Below, one piece after another: positions 40,035 to 48,411 of a stretch of DNA of 64,000 nucleotides. The position numbers were made by a program, and so were the translations under genes. Numbering within the stretch: the stretch's first letter is position 1; every line of letters begins with the position of its first letter. This DNA is from Alphaproteobacteria bacterium. Its GTDB lineage: Bacteria > Pseudomonadota > Alphaproteobacteria > UBA6615. The notes beneath the pieces were generated by a model. It was not told the DNA's origin and did no database searches. It saw nothing but the letters and a program-made list of their open reading frames with translations. The stretch spans positions 29,532 to 93,531 of the forward strand of contig PBWR01000009.1 of the NCBI GenBank assembly GCA_002727315.1, written 5' to 3'.

Positions 40035-40930
40035 CAAACCTGCATCTCCTGTCGCGCCGTCGCAAGTTCGTCCGCCGCCTCGGGAACCCCGATCGTCTGC
40101 AGGAGGTTCCGGACTTCCTGCAGTGCGGCAAGGTGGGACATGGTCAATGTGACATCGGCCCCCTCCTCGCGAATATCAAGGAGTGTCAGGCCCTTCAGAA
40201 ACAGTTCCCGGAAGATCACCCGTTCGCTGAACCCGTGCGCGAGCCGAAACCCCAGCCGCCCGGCCAGTACTTCAAGCGCCACATCCATGTTGCGCTTGTT
40301 ACGCGAATCCAGCGCCGCGAGGCGGTTGCGCATGACGATCCAATCGATCGACCCGCCGTCGCGCAGGGCCCGGGCCTTCTTCTGTTCCCAGACCATTTCC
40401 GCATAGGTGCTGAGTGACAGCACTTCGTTGGTTTCCGGATCGATACGGCCAAGCAGATCGAGGTCGAGGAAGCTGTCATTGATCGGGGTGATCAGGATAT
40501 CGGCATGGGAATGCCCAGCGCGCGAAAGCGGATTGTCGCTGCCCGGCGTGTCGATCACAACGACATCGCAGGTCGCGGACAATTCCGTGAGCACAGTTTC
40601 CAGCCGTCCCTGCTCTTCTTGCTCTGCCGCAAAGCGGTCGCGCAGTTCGCTTCGGCCGACGGCGCGATATGTCGGGTGTGGCAAGTGGATGCCCATCTTG
40701 GCCGCATAGATCCGCCGATTGTCGAAGTAGCGGGACAGGCTGCCCTGGCGCGCGTCGAGATCGATGGCACCGACCGTGTACCCCTCCCGAAGAAGCCCGA
40801 CGATGAGATGCATCGCCGAGGTTGATTTCCCGGTCCCGCCCTTCTCGTTGCCGAGCACGACCACCGTCGCACGGGGTTGGCGGTCATCGCCGCTTTTTGG
40901 CGCTGATGTGAAAGCGGAGTTCATGCTCAC
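40034..40930 (-). CDS. mipZ: MipZ-like ParA/MinD-family P-loop ATPase
   Basis: Colinear with Caulobacter MipZ as I remember it: VVLGNEKGGTGKST, IDLDARQGS, FDNRR, VIDTPG, TPINDSF, WIVMRNRL. Start is GTG 40930 or ATG 40924. Confidence 0.8.
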   Translation of the reverse strand: MSMNSAFTSAPKSGDDRQPRATVVVLGNEKGGTGKSTSAMHLIVGLLREGYTVGAIDLDARQGSLSRYFDNRRIYAAKMGIHLPHPTYRAVGRSELRDRFAAEQEEQGRLETVLTELSATCDVVVIDTPGSDNPLSRAGHSHADILITPINDSFLDLDLLGRIDPETNEVLSLSTYAEMVWEQKKARALRDGGSIDWIVMRNRLAALDSRNKRNMDVALEVLAGRLGFRLAHGFSERVIFRELFLKGLTLLDIREEGADVTLTMSHLAALQEVRNLLQTIGVPEAADELATARQEMQV

Positions 40931-43032
40931 GCGGGACGCATCCAGACCGCCGTGTCATGGAACACGGCACCGCCGTTCGGGCGGCCCGGATCGGCACTGA
41001 CCAAAAGGTTGATGCCGATCCTCTCGACAAAGGCCCGGTTGGGCCAGACACTCTCAACCACGACCGTGCCATGCCGCAGCCCGTCCGTCGGGCGCACATG
41101 CACCACGACGGAGCCCAGATCGTTTCCGATCCGCACCGGATCGCCGGCAGACAGGCCGAGCTCGGCGCACACGTCGGGATGAATCTGTGCCTCGGGCCGG
41201 CCCTCGCGAAGGCGGCTGCTCGCGGTTTCGGTGAAGCTCGTGTTCAGATAGTTCCGCGACGGGGCAGTCACCAGACGGAACGGGTGATCGCTGTCGGGTT
41301 CATCGATGACCGTGTCGTGATCGGGCAATTTCGGCATGCCCTGATGATTGCCGCCGATCTTCGACCAGTCGGGCGAAAACTGGAACTTGCCGTCCGCGCA
41401 CCCGAAACCGTCAAGGAAGTGAGACTTCTCAAAGGACAGTGCGCGATCATCCCAGTGTCCGCCCCAGATCGTCTCCGCATCCGCATACCCCGACAGCTTC
41501 AACGTCTCATCCATCAAGGTCCAGGCATCCATCTCGAAGCCGGGATGCTTGGCGCCCAGTCGCGCGGCGAGAGCACAGATGACCGCATGGTTCGAACGCG
41601 CCTGGCCGACCGGCTCGATGACGGCACGGGTAACCTGCAGGTGGGTGTGACCACCGGCAACGTAGAAATCATCATGCTCCAGGAACGTCGTCGCCGGCAG
41701 AACGATGTCTGCCATCTCGGCCGTCTCGGTGAGAAACTGTTCGTGCACAGACACGAACAGGTCTTCGCGTTGGAAGCCTTCGCGGACCTTGCCGAGCTCG
41801 GGCGCGACGTTCATCGGATTAGTGTTCTGGATGAACAGCGCCGTCACCGGTGGCCCGTCACCCAGGTCCTGTGGGTCATCAGTCAGGATCGGCCCGATAC
41901 GCGATTGGTCCAGAATCCGGGTCCTGGGGTCACACAGATCGAGCCCCTCGATCAGTGTCTTGTCGATCCCGTACAGGCCGCCATGGGCATAGAGCGCCCC
42001 GCCGCCCGGATATTGCCAGGCCCCGGTGACCGCCGGCAGGCAGCTCGCCGAGAACATCTGCACCGCGCCGTTTCGCGACCGTGAGAAGCCGAACCCAAGG
42101 CGCAGGTAGCTGCGCTGGGTCTGCCCGTAGAGACGGGCGAAAGCTTCGATTTCCTCGACCGGGATCGATGTGATCTCCGATGCCCAGGCCGGCGTACGTG
42201 ATTGCAGATGGCTTTCCAGCGCTGCATGACCTGCGGTGTAACTCTCCAGATACTCGCGATCGGCGTAACCGTCGCGGAACAGGACATGCATCACCGCGCA
42301 GGCGAGCGCTCCGTCGGTACCGGGATCGGGCATCAGGTGGATATCCGCCTGTTTCGCGGTTTCGGTCGCATAGGGGTCGACCACGACGATCTTTGCACCG
42401 CGACCTTTGCGTGCCCGGGTTGCATGGGTCATCACGTTGACCTGGGTGCTGGCCGGATTGCAGCCCCAGATAACGATCAGGTCGGATTCGGCCATTTCCC
42501 GAGCATCCACACCCCATTTCGAGCCCACACCGGCGAACCAGCCGGCATCCGACAGCGCGTTGCAGATTGTCGAGTGCTGGCGCGAATAGCCCATTGCATG
42601 ACGCAATCGCTCGATGCCGTCGCGCTGCACCAGTCCCATGGTGCCGGCATAGAAATACGGCCAGACGGTCTCGGGACCGTGTTTGTCCGCCGCGCGGATC
42701 AGGTTTTCGGCGACCATATCCAGGGCCTCGTCCCAGGTGATCTCCTCGAACGCGTCGCGCCCGATGCCCTTGTCGCCGACCCGGCGCAGCGGGACCGTCA
42801 ATCGCTCCGGGTGGTGCACCCGCTCGGCATACCGCGCAACCTTGGCGCAGATGACGCCCGACGTGTACGGATTGGCGCTCGCACCGCGCACCCGGCCGAT
42901 GGTTTGCGGGTCCAGGCGATCGACCTCCAGCGCGCAGGTGCTGGGGCAATCATGCGGGCACGCAGAATGGAAAACCTGGACACCGGTCCCGGCCCCTGGG
43001 GTCGATTTCGTGCGGGTCTGGTCGAGCGGCAT
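40927..43032 (-). CDS. Cytoplasmic molybdopterin (bis-MGD) oxidoreductase family protein with an N-terminal 4Fe-4S motif
   Basis: 701 aa, CPHDCPSTCALEV cluster motif, no Tat signal, DMSO-reductase-family length and layout. Confidence 0.85.
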   Translation of the reverse strand: MPLDQTRTKSTPGAGTGVQVFHSACPHDCPSTCALEVDRLDPQTIGRVRGASANPYTSGVICAKVARYAERVHHPERLTVPLRRVGDKGIGRDAFEEITWDEALDMVAENLIRAADKHGPETVWPYFYAGTMGLVQRDGIERLRHAMGYSRQHSTICNALSDAGWFAGVGSKWGVDAREMAESDLIVIWGCNPASTQVNVMTHATRARKGRGAKIVVVDPYATETAKQADIHLMPDPGTDGALACAVMHVLFRDGYADREYLESYTAGHAALESHLQSRTPAWASEITSIPVEEIEAFARLYGQTQRSYLRLGFGFSRSRNGAVQMFSASCLPAVTGAWQYPGGGALYAHGGLYGIDKTLIEGLDLCDPRTRILDQSRIGPILTDDPQDLGDGPPVTALFIQNTNPMNVAPELGKVREGFQREDLFVSVHEQFLTETAEMADIVLPATTFLEHDDFYVAGGHTHLQVTRAVIEPVGQARSNHAVICALAARLGAKHPGFEMDAWTLMDETLKLSGYADAETIWGGHWDDRALSFEKSHFLDGFGCADGKFQFSPDWSKIGGNHQGMPKLPDHDTVIDEPDSDHPFRLVTAPSRNYLNTSFTETASSRLREGRPEAQIHPDVCAELGLSAGDPVRIGNDLGSVVVHVRPTDGLRHGTVVVESVWPNRAFVERIGINLLVSADPGRPNGGAVFHDTAVWMRPA

Positions 43033-43104
43033 CGCAAGCGTCTCCAGAGCGGCACTATATCCGAGACGCCCGGAATCGTCGAATTACCGGCGGCTTTAGA
43101 CGGT

Positions 43105-43338
43105 TCAAAACACGATATCTCCATCCGGCCGGAACGTCAGGTGCGCAAATGCGAACGTAACGTCACAAGGCACGTCACTGAGCGCGCCGTCGGGCTGCCG
43201 CATCTGGACCACGACATTGCCCATGTAGCGTCCGGCGGGGATCCGGGCTTCGTCACGAATGGAGTTCTGGCCCGGATGCCAAGTCAGGACCAGGGCGCCT
43301 GCCTGCTTTGCAGCTAGGACACGCCCCATCGCTGTCAC
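43105..43338 (-). CDS. Hypothetical small protein (77 aa)
   Basis: Only non-shadow ORF in a 400-bp gap. GC3-biased codons. No recognisable domain. Confidence 0.4.
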   Translation of the reverse strand: MTAMGRVLAAKQAGALVLTWHPGQNSIRDEARIPAGRYMGNVVVQMRQPDGALSDVPCDVTFAFAHLTFRPDGDIVF

Positions 43339-43477
43339 CGCAGGCTGGTGATCGAGTATCTAGAGGAACGCTGGGGAACATCCCTTGACGTGACCCATCT
43401 GCAGCGGCGCGATCTGGCCGCCCCGGCGGCCAGATGCTAGTTTGCGACGTCTGCCAGACCCGCATCGGAGTTCAGCC

Positions 43478-44500
43478 ATGTCCGTTCAGGACGAGAGCGT
43501 GCAAGCATCGGCGAAGATCGATCCGAACGAAATTTCGGTCATCGATATCGGCCCGGTTCTGGCCGGCGCGCCACGCGCGGTCGAACAGGCCGCATCGCAA
43601 TTCCACGCCGCCTGCACGGGCATGGGCTTTCTGTTCCTGGTCAATCACGGGATCGATCCCGAGATCGTCGCCCGCACCTTCGAGGTCTCGCGCCGGTTCT
43701 TCGCCCTGCCACCCGAGGAGAAGCTCAAGGTCCGGATGAACCGGCACCAGTGCGGTTACATGCCGCCCAACGTTTCGGTTCACCGCGACACTTTTGAAGC
43801 ACGCGAAACGGCCAAAACACCCCAGGCCAGCGAAGCCTTCAAATTCACCTTCGACCTAACGCCGGACGATCCCGACTATGGCAAGGGTCGGCGCTTCCGG
43901 GGACACAACAAATGGCCGGACGAGACGACCGTTCCGGGCCTGCGCACGGCCTTCATCGATTTCCACGTCACATTCGAGGCCTTCGCCCGGAAATTGCTGG
44001 CGCCATTGTCGGTCTCGCTGGACCTGCCGCCCGCTCATTTCGATCCACATTTCGAGCGTTCGAGCTCCATGACGCGGATCGCCTGCTATCCCCGTGTGGC
44101 CGAGGAGACCGAGGTGATCTCTCTTCCCGGCCATCTGGATCTGTCCTTCCTGTCATTGATACCGCCGGCAACGAAGCCCGGACTGGAAATCCTGACGCCA
44201 TCGGGCGAATGGATCGAACAACCCGTCGTGCCCGAGGGACTGCTGTTCAACACCGGCATCACTCTTCGCAACTGGTCGAACCATGTCTACAAGGCGACAC
44301 CCCATCGGGTTCGCAAGGACACCGAAGGCGACCGGCACTCGAACATCTTCTTCCTGTACCCGAACGTCGATGCACGCATGGAGTGCCTGCCGACCTGCGT
44401 TGGCCCGGACAATCCTGCGCAGTACGCGCCGATCACATTTGGTGAGTTTCACGCCGACTATGCGGCGCGCAATTTCAGCTATGCCGAGGACTGGGACTGA
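43478..44500 (+). CDS. 2-oxoglutarate/Fe(II)-dependent oxygenase (isopenicillin N synthase-like family)
   Basis: N-terminal DIOX_N-like region and the HxD...H triad (PGHLDLSF ... ATPHRV). SD GGAG lies 7 nt before the ATG at 43478. Confidence 0.85.
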   Translation: MSVQDESVQASAKIDPNEISVIDIGPVLAGAPRAVEQAASQFHAACTGMGFLFLVNHGIDPEIVARTFEVSRRFFALPPEEKLKVRMNRHQCGYMPPNVSVHRDTFEARETAKTPQASEAFKFTFDLTPDDPDYGKGRRFRGHNKWPDETTVPGLRTAFIDFHVTFEAFARKLLAPLSVSLDLPPAHFDPHFERSSSMTRIACYPRVAEETEVISLPGHLDLSFLSLIPPATKPGLEILTPSGEWIEQPVVPEGLLFNTGITLRNWSNHVYKATPHRVRKDTEGDRHSNIFFLYPNVDARMECLPTCVGPDNPAQYAPITFGEFHADYAARNFSYAEDWD

Positions 44501-44515
44501 GGCTCCATTCGGACG

Positions 44516-44743
44516 TCAGCACAAACGGTGCTTCTGATCCATGCGCAATGCGTCCAGGTCCTTCTCCCAGTCTTCATCGCCAGGCTCCTGGTGAATGCCG
44601 AGGGTCGCCTTGTGATAATCGAAATTGTCTTCGCCTTCGACCGGCTTCGCATCCCAGCTATCCTTTGTAACGAGCGCAGACCATGTCCCCAGCACCACAC
44701 ATACGACGATGGCGGCGAGAATGACGATCAGCTCGATACTCAT
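44516..44743 (-). CDS. Hypothetical small membrane protein (75 aa, one N-terminal TM segment)
   Basis: MSIELIVILAAIVVCVVLGTW TM segment followed by an acidic tail. It converges on the oxygenase gene. Confidence 0.45.
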   Translation of the reverse strand: MSIELIVILAAIVVCVVLGTWSALVTKDSWDAKPVEGEDNFDYHKATLGIHQEPGDEDWEKDLDALRMDQKHRLC

Positions 44744-44893
44744 GGCGCGCTCCTGAAAACTGCGATCCAGATAGTTTCGTTATCCGCAAAGTGGCACAAA
44801 TGACTCGAGATTGGGAATTCAACTGATAGCGAGCGTTGGCGTCTTGGTGTGGGAGACGTAGTATCCGGCGCGAACCCGAACGGAGTCGTGATT

Positions 44894-46270
44894 ATGCCGG
44901 AAGGCCCCATCCGGAGTGCCGAAGATGCCGCCGCGCGCGTGCGTGATTCCAGGCACGACTTCGTCAAGGTCGCCCTCACCGATATGGACGGCCTGCTGCG
45001 CGGAAAGTTCATGCACCGCGACAAGTTTCTCAACGCCATCGAAACCGGTTTCGGGTTCTGTGATGTGGTGCTCGGCTGGGACATCAACGACCAGCTCTAT
45101 GACAATATTTCCCTCACCGGCTGGCACACCGGATTTCCCGATGCACAGGTGCGGATCATCCCCGAAACCGGGCGTCAGATCCCGTTCGAAGACGATTGCT
45201 GGCTGTTTCTCGCAGCGTTCGAGGATAAGTCATCCCAGGTATGTCCACGCGGTGTGTTGACCAAGGTGCTCGAGCGGGCCTCGGAGATGGGTTTTGAAAC
45301 CCTTGGTGGCTTTGAGTTTGAGTTCTTTGTGTTCGAAGAAACAACCGAGACCGCCCGCGCCAAGAACTACCAAAACATGACCCCGTTAGCCCCGGGAAAT
45401 ACCGGGTATTCCCTTCTACGCCAAACCACCTTAAGTGCCTTGTATACTGACATTTTTCAGTCTTTGGCTCGTATGCAGGTAGGGCTGGAGGGCATACACG
45501 AGGAAATGGGGCCGGGGGTCATCGAAGCGTCCATTCAGGCGGCTGACGGACTGGCTGCGGCGGAAAAGGCCAGCCTCTTCAAGACCTACACCAAAGCCAT
45601 CGTCCAGAACCGGGATTTGCTGGCCACGTTTATGGCGAAATGGAGCGCCAAGGAGGCGGGGCAGTCGGGTCACTTCCACCTCTCCCTGACCCGTGACGGC
45701 GGCACGGCGAACGCGTTCCACGACCCGGCCGGCGAACACCGGATCAGCGCCACCATGCGCCACTTCATCGCCGGCCAACAGTCGCTCATGCCAGAGCTGA
45801 CGGCGATAGTCGCCCCGACCGTGAATTCGTACCGCCGGCTGGTGCCCGGCCTGTGGGCCCCGACAGACGCAACTTGGGGTATCGACAACCGGACGTGTGC
45901 CATCCGGGTGCTCCCTGGCAGTCCGAAATCCCACCGGCTCGAGTACCGGGTCCCAGGCGCGGATGCGAACCCCTACCTGGTCGCCGCCGCCGCCATCGCA
46001 TCGGGCCTGTACGGGGTCGAAAACAACCTGGAGCCGACAGACGCCGTTTCGGGCAATGCCTATGCCCTGACACATCCCGAGAATCTCGCCCTGCCGCGCA
46101 ATCTGCCCGATGCCGCCAGCCGGTTTGCGGGTTCGGCGGCGGCGCGCGACTGGTTCGGAGATGCGTTTGTCGATCATTTCGCCGCGACGCGCGACTGGGA
46201 GGCACGCCAGCTTCCGATGGAGGCCGAGATCAGTACGGCCGAGCTGGATCGCTATTTCGAGCTGATATGA
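44894..46270 (+). CDS. Glutamine synthetase family protein (gamma-glutamyl-amine synthetase-like)
   Basis: GS beta-grasp and catalytic domains (FVKVALTDMDGLLRGK..., GHFHLSL, NSYRRLVPG, RLEYRVPGADANPYL). SD GGAG precedes the ATG at 44894. Confidence 0.9.
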   Translation: MPEGPIRSAEDAAARVRDSRHDFVKVALTDMDGLLRGKFMHRDKFLNAIETGFGFCDVVLGWDINDQLYDNISLTGWHTGFPDAQVRIIPETGRQIPFEDDCWLFLAAFEDKSSQVCPRGVLTKVLERASEMGFETLGGFEFEFFVFEETTETARAKNYQNMTPLAPGNTGYSLLRQTTLSALYTDIFQSLARMQVGLEGIHEEMGPGVIEASIQAADGLAAAEKASLFKTYTKAIVQNRDLLATFMAKWSAKEAGQSGHFHLSLTRDGGTANAFHDPAGEHRISATMRHFIAGQQSLMPELTAIVAPTVNSYRRLVPGLWAPTDATWGIDNRTCAIRVLPGSPKSHRLEYRVPGADANPYLVAAAAIASGLYGVENNLEPTDAVSGNAYALTHPENLALPRNLPDAASRFAGSAAARDWFGDAFVDHFAATRDWEARQLPMEAEISTAELDRYFELI

Positions 46271-46340
46271 TACTCGGCCCCTAGACCGGTCGAGATCGAA
46301 CAGAACCAATACCGGTATCGCGGATACCCTGGAGGCTCAT

Positions 46341-47540
46341 ATGAACACCACCGCCGACAATCTCCGGGGCGCCTGGAGCTTCCCGACGACGGTCTGGTTC
46401 GGTGCCGGCAAAATTTCGATGCTGGCACGGGCCTGCAAGGCCCTTGGCATTGCCAGGCCGATGTTGGTTACCGACCCCGGTCTCGCCGGTCTCGACATGG
46501 TCACGCAGACGATCGATGCAGCAGGCACTGAAGAGGTCCCCGTCACGCTTTTCTCGGACATCAAACCCAACCCGGTCTATTCGAACATCACGGCGGGTGT
46601 GTCGGCCCTGCGCACAGCCGGTTGCGACGGGATCATCGCATTCGGTGGGGGGTCATCGCTGGATGCCGGCAAGGCAATTGCGCTGAAAGCGGCCCAACCG
46701 GACGACGGCATCGATTTCTGGAACTTCGAGGAAGGGCGGCGCGACTGGCAACAGGCGGTAAGCCCTCTCCCCATCCTCGCCATCCCCACCACGGCCGGAA
46801 CCGGATCGGAAACCGGCCGCTCGTCGGTCGTCCTGGACGAGGCGACAGACCGGAAGGTCATCATCACACATCCCGGCATGATGCCGGGTATCGTCATCGC
46901 CGACCCGGAACTGACCCTGAACCTGCCGGCGCACATCACCGCCGCCACCGGCATGGATGCGCTGGCCCACTGTCTGGAAGCCTATTGCTCACCGTTCCAC
47001 AACCCGTTGTGCGACGGCGTCGCGGTGGAAGGCATGCGTCTGGTGCGCGAGAACCTGACGGTTGCGGTGAAGGATGGCGGCAATCTGGCGGCCCGGGCCA
47101 ACATGCTGGCCGCCGCTGCAATGGGATCCACGGCATTCCAGAAGGGCCTCGGTGCCATTCACGCCATGAGCCACCCGATTGGCGCCCTGTACGACACGCA
47201 TCACGGCCTCACCAATGCAGTCGTAATGCCCTATGTCCTGACCCGGAACCGGGATGCGATCTCGGAAAAGCTGGCCCGGATCTCGGCCTATATCGGCCTG
47301 ACGGAGGATGCAGCCGACACCACAGCGGGGTTCAAGGCCTTCGTGGCGTGGACGCTGGACCTTCGTCAGCAGTTCGACATGCCGCACACGCTGGCGGCAC
47401 TGGGCGTCCCGGACGACCGCTTCGACGAACTCGCGGACATGGCGGCCGCCGACCCGACCGCGCTGGCCAATCCGGTCGCGCTGACCACCGATGATTTCCG
47501 CGGTTTGTTCGAGGCGGCCCACGCCGGGACCCTCGGATAG
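46341..47540 (+). CDS. Iron-containing (group III) alcohol dehydrogenase
   Basis: AFGGGSSLDAGKAIA and the His-rich metal site (DALAHCLEAY, HAMSHPIG). Confidence 0.9.
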   Translation: MNTTADNLRGAWSFPTTVWFGAGKISMLARACKALGIARPMLVTDPGLAGLDMVTQTIDAAGTEEVPVTLFSDIKPNPVYSNITAGVSALRTAGCDGIIAFGGGSSLDAGKAIALKAAQPDDGIDFWNFEEGRRDWQQAVSPLPILAIPTTAGTGSETGRSSVVLDEATDRKVIITHPGMMPGIVIADPELTLNLPAHITAATGMDALAHCLEAYCSPFHNPLCDGVAVEGMRLVRENLTVAVKDGGNLAARANMLAAAAMGSTAFQKGLGAIHAMSHPIGALYDTHHGLTNAVVMPYVLTRNRDAISEKLARISAYIGLTEDAADTTAGFKAFVAWTLDLRQQFDMPHTLAALGVPDDRFDELADMAAADPTALANPVALTTDDFRGLFEAAHAGTLG

Positions 47541-47543
47541 GCT

Positions 47544-47813
47544 TCAGCCCTTTTTGTAGGGATTTGCGAGTTTCTCCACCATGTCGTGCAGAACCTCGCG
47601 GAATTGCTTTTCGGACACATCCATCAGCACGGCATCTTCGAGTGCCTCCTGACAGATATCCTCGATCTCGATCAGGTTCTCGCGGAGTACAAGAATCGAT
47701 TCTTCGCAGCTAATCGGATCGCCATCCGGCTGCAGCCATTTCTGCGGTTCTGCCTTGGCGGGTTGTTTGGTGTCCGGCATCTGCTCCACTTTCGCACCCG
47801 CGCAAACGGGCAT
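47544..47813 (-). CDS. Hypothetical acidic protein (about 78-89 aa)
   Basis: GC3-rich codons, unlike the antisense ORF 47586..47891. No recognisable domain. Alternative start at 47780. Confidence 0.45.
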   Translation of the reverse strand: MPVCAGAKVEQMPDTKQPAKAEPQKWLQPDGDPISCEESILVLRENLIEIEDICQEALEDAVLMDVSEKQFREVLHDMVEKLANPYKKG

Positions 47814-48018
47814 CGAATCGATCGCTGTTGGATTGAAATATTATTGTACGCATCCGTTACAAGGCATCATGTTTTAGCGCTCGGCGGCTAGTGAGCCGAC
47901 CGTTTCTTTCGGAATCCAAACAAGTCACTGATATTTTTGGTACTTAATGGCCGAACCGCAAGGTTAACGGCCATGATTCATGCTCCATGCGGGCTTGGCA
48001 CGGCATCCGGAATACGCC

Positions 48019-48340
48019 ATGACCGCATACTCGGCCCCTGCCTTCGACGAGAGCGAAAACATCGTTTTCGGCCACGACCCTGAAATCGGGCTCCGTGCAA
48101 TCATTGCCATTCTCAACGCCAATCTCGGTACCGCCGTCGGCGGATGCCACATGTGGCCGTACCCGAACAAGGCGGCAGCGATCGAAGACGCGCTGAGCGA
48201 AGTCTTTCAGAGACCGGACACCGAGGGAACCGACAAGAATGTCGTGCCCGATCACATTGCCGAGTAACCCCTGCACGCCGCTTGAGCAAAACGGCTGGTC
48301 GGATCAAAAAAATTGGAAATCCGGTGAAAATTGATCTGAA
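48019..48340 (+). pseudogene. Degraded N-terminal remnant of a Glu/Leu/Phe/Val dehydrogenase gene (leucine dehydrogenase-like)
   Basis: IVFGHDPEIGLRAIIAILNANLGTAVGGCHMWPYPNKAAAIEDAL parallels the LeuDH N-terminus (..[31 protein letters not shown].Y...EALEDAL). The frame stops at 48267. A weak IGNPVK (compare IIGDPRK) resumes in another frame at 48294-48335. The remaining ~270 codons are absent. Confidence 0.6.
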
Positions 48341-48353
48341 GCAATGCTGGCAA

Positions 48354-48379
48354 ACTTGCAACTAAGAATTACTTGCAAC
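48354..48379 (+). repeat. 9-bp direct repeat ACTTGCAAC x2 (17-bp period), each containing the palindromic hexamer TTGCAA
   Basis: Exact copies at 48354-48362 and 48371-48379, 76-100 nt upstream of the Fe(III) binding-protein gene. Confidence 0.8.
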
Positions 48380-48411
48380 ATGGTTTCAGACGCAGTAGGT
48401 TGAGCCTACAT

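Noticed and set aside
44780-44788. DnaA-box-like TTATCCGCA (8/9 match to TTATCCACA)
   Set aside because: It is a single isolated site with no cluster, AT-rich unwinding element or replication genes nearby, so it is most likely a chance match.
44792-44808. Sigma-54-like TGGCAC upstream of the GS-like gene
   Set aside because: GG-N10 is followed by TC rather than GC, and there is no TTGC -12 element, so it does not fit the -24/-12 consensus.
47586-47891. 101-aa plus-strand ORF opposite the 47544..47813 hypothetical gene
   Set aside because: Its product is Leu/Arg/His-rich with poor codon bias. The minus-strand frame has better GC3 usage and abuts the convergent ADH gene.
48348-48360. TGGCA-N3-TTGCA resembling a sigma-54 promoter upstream of the iron transporter genes
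   Set aside because: The spacing between GG and GC is 7 nt instead of 10. It overlaps the ACTTGCAAC repeat, which explains the TTGCA.
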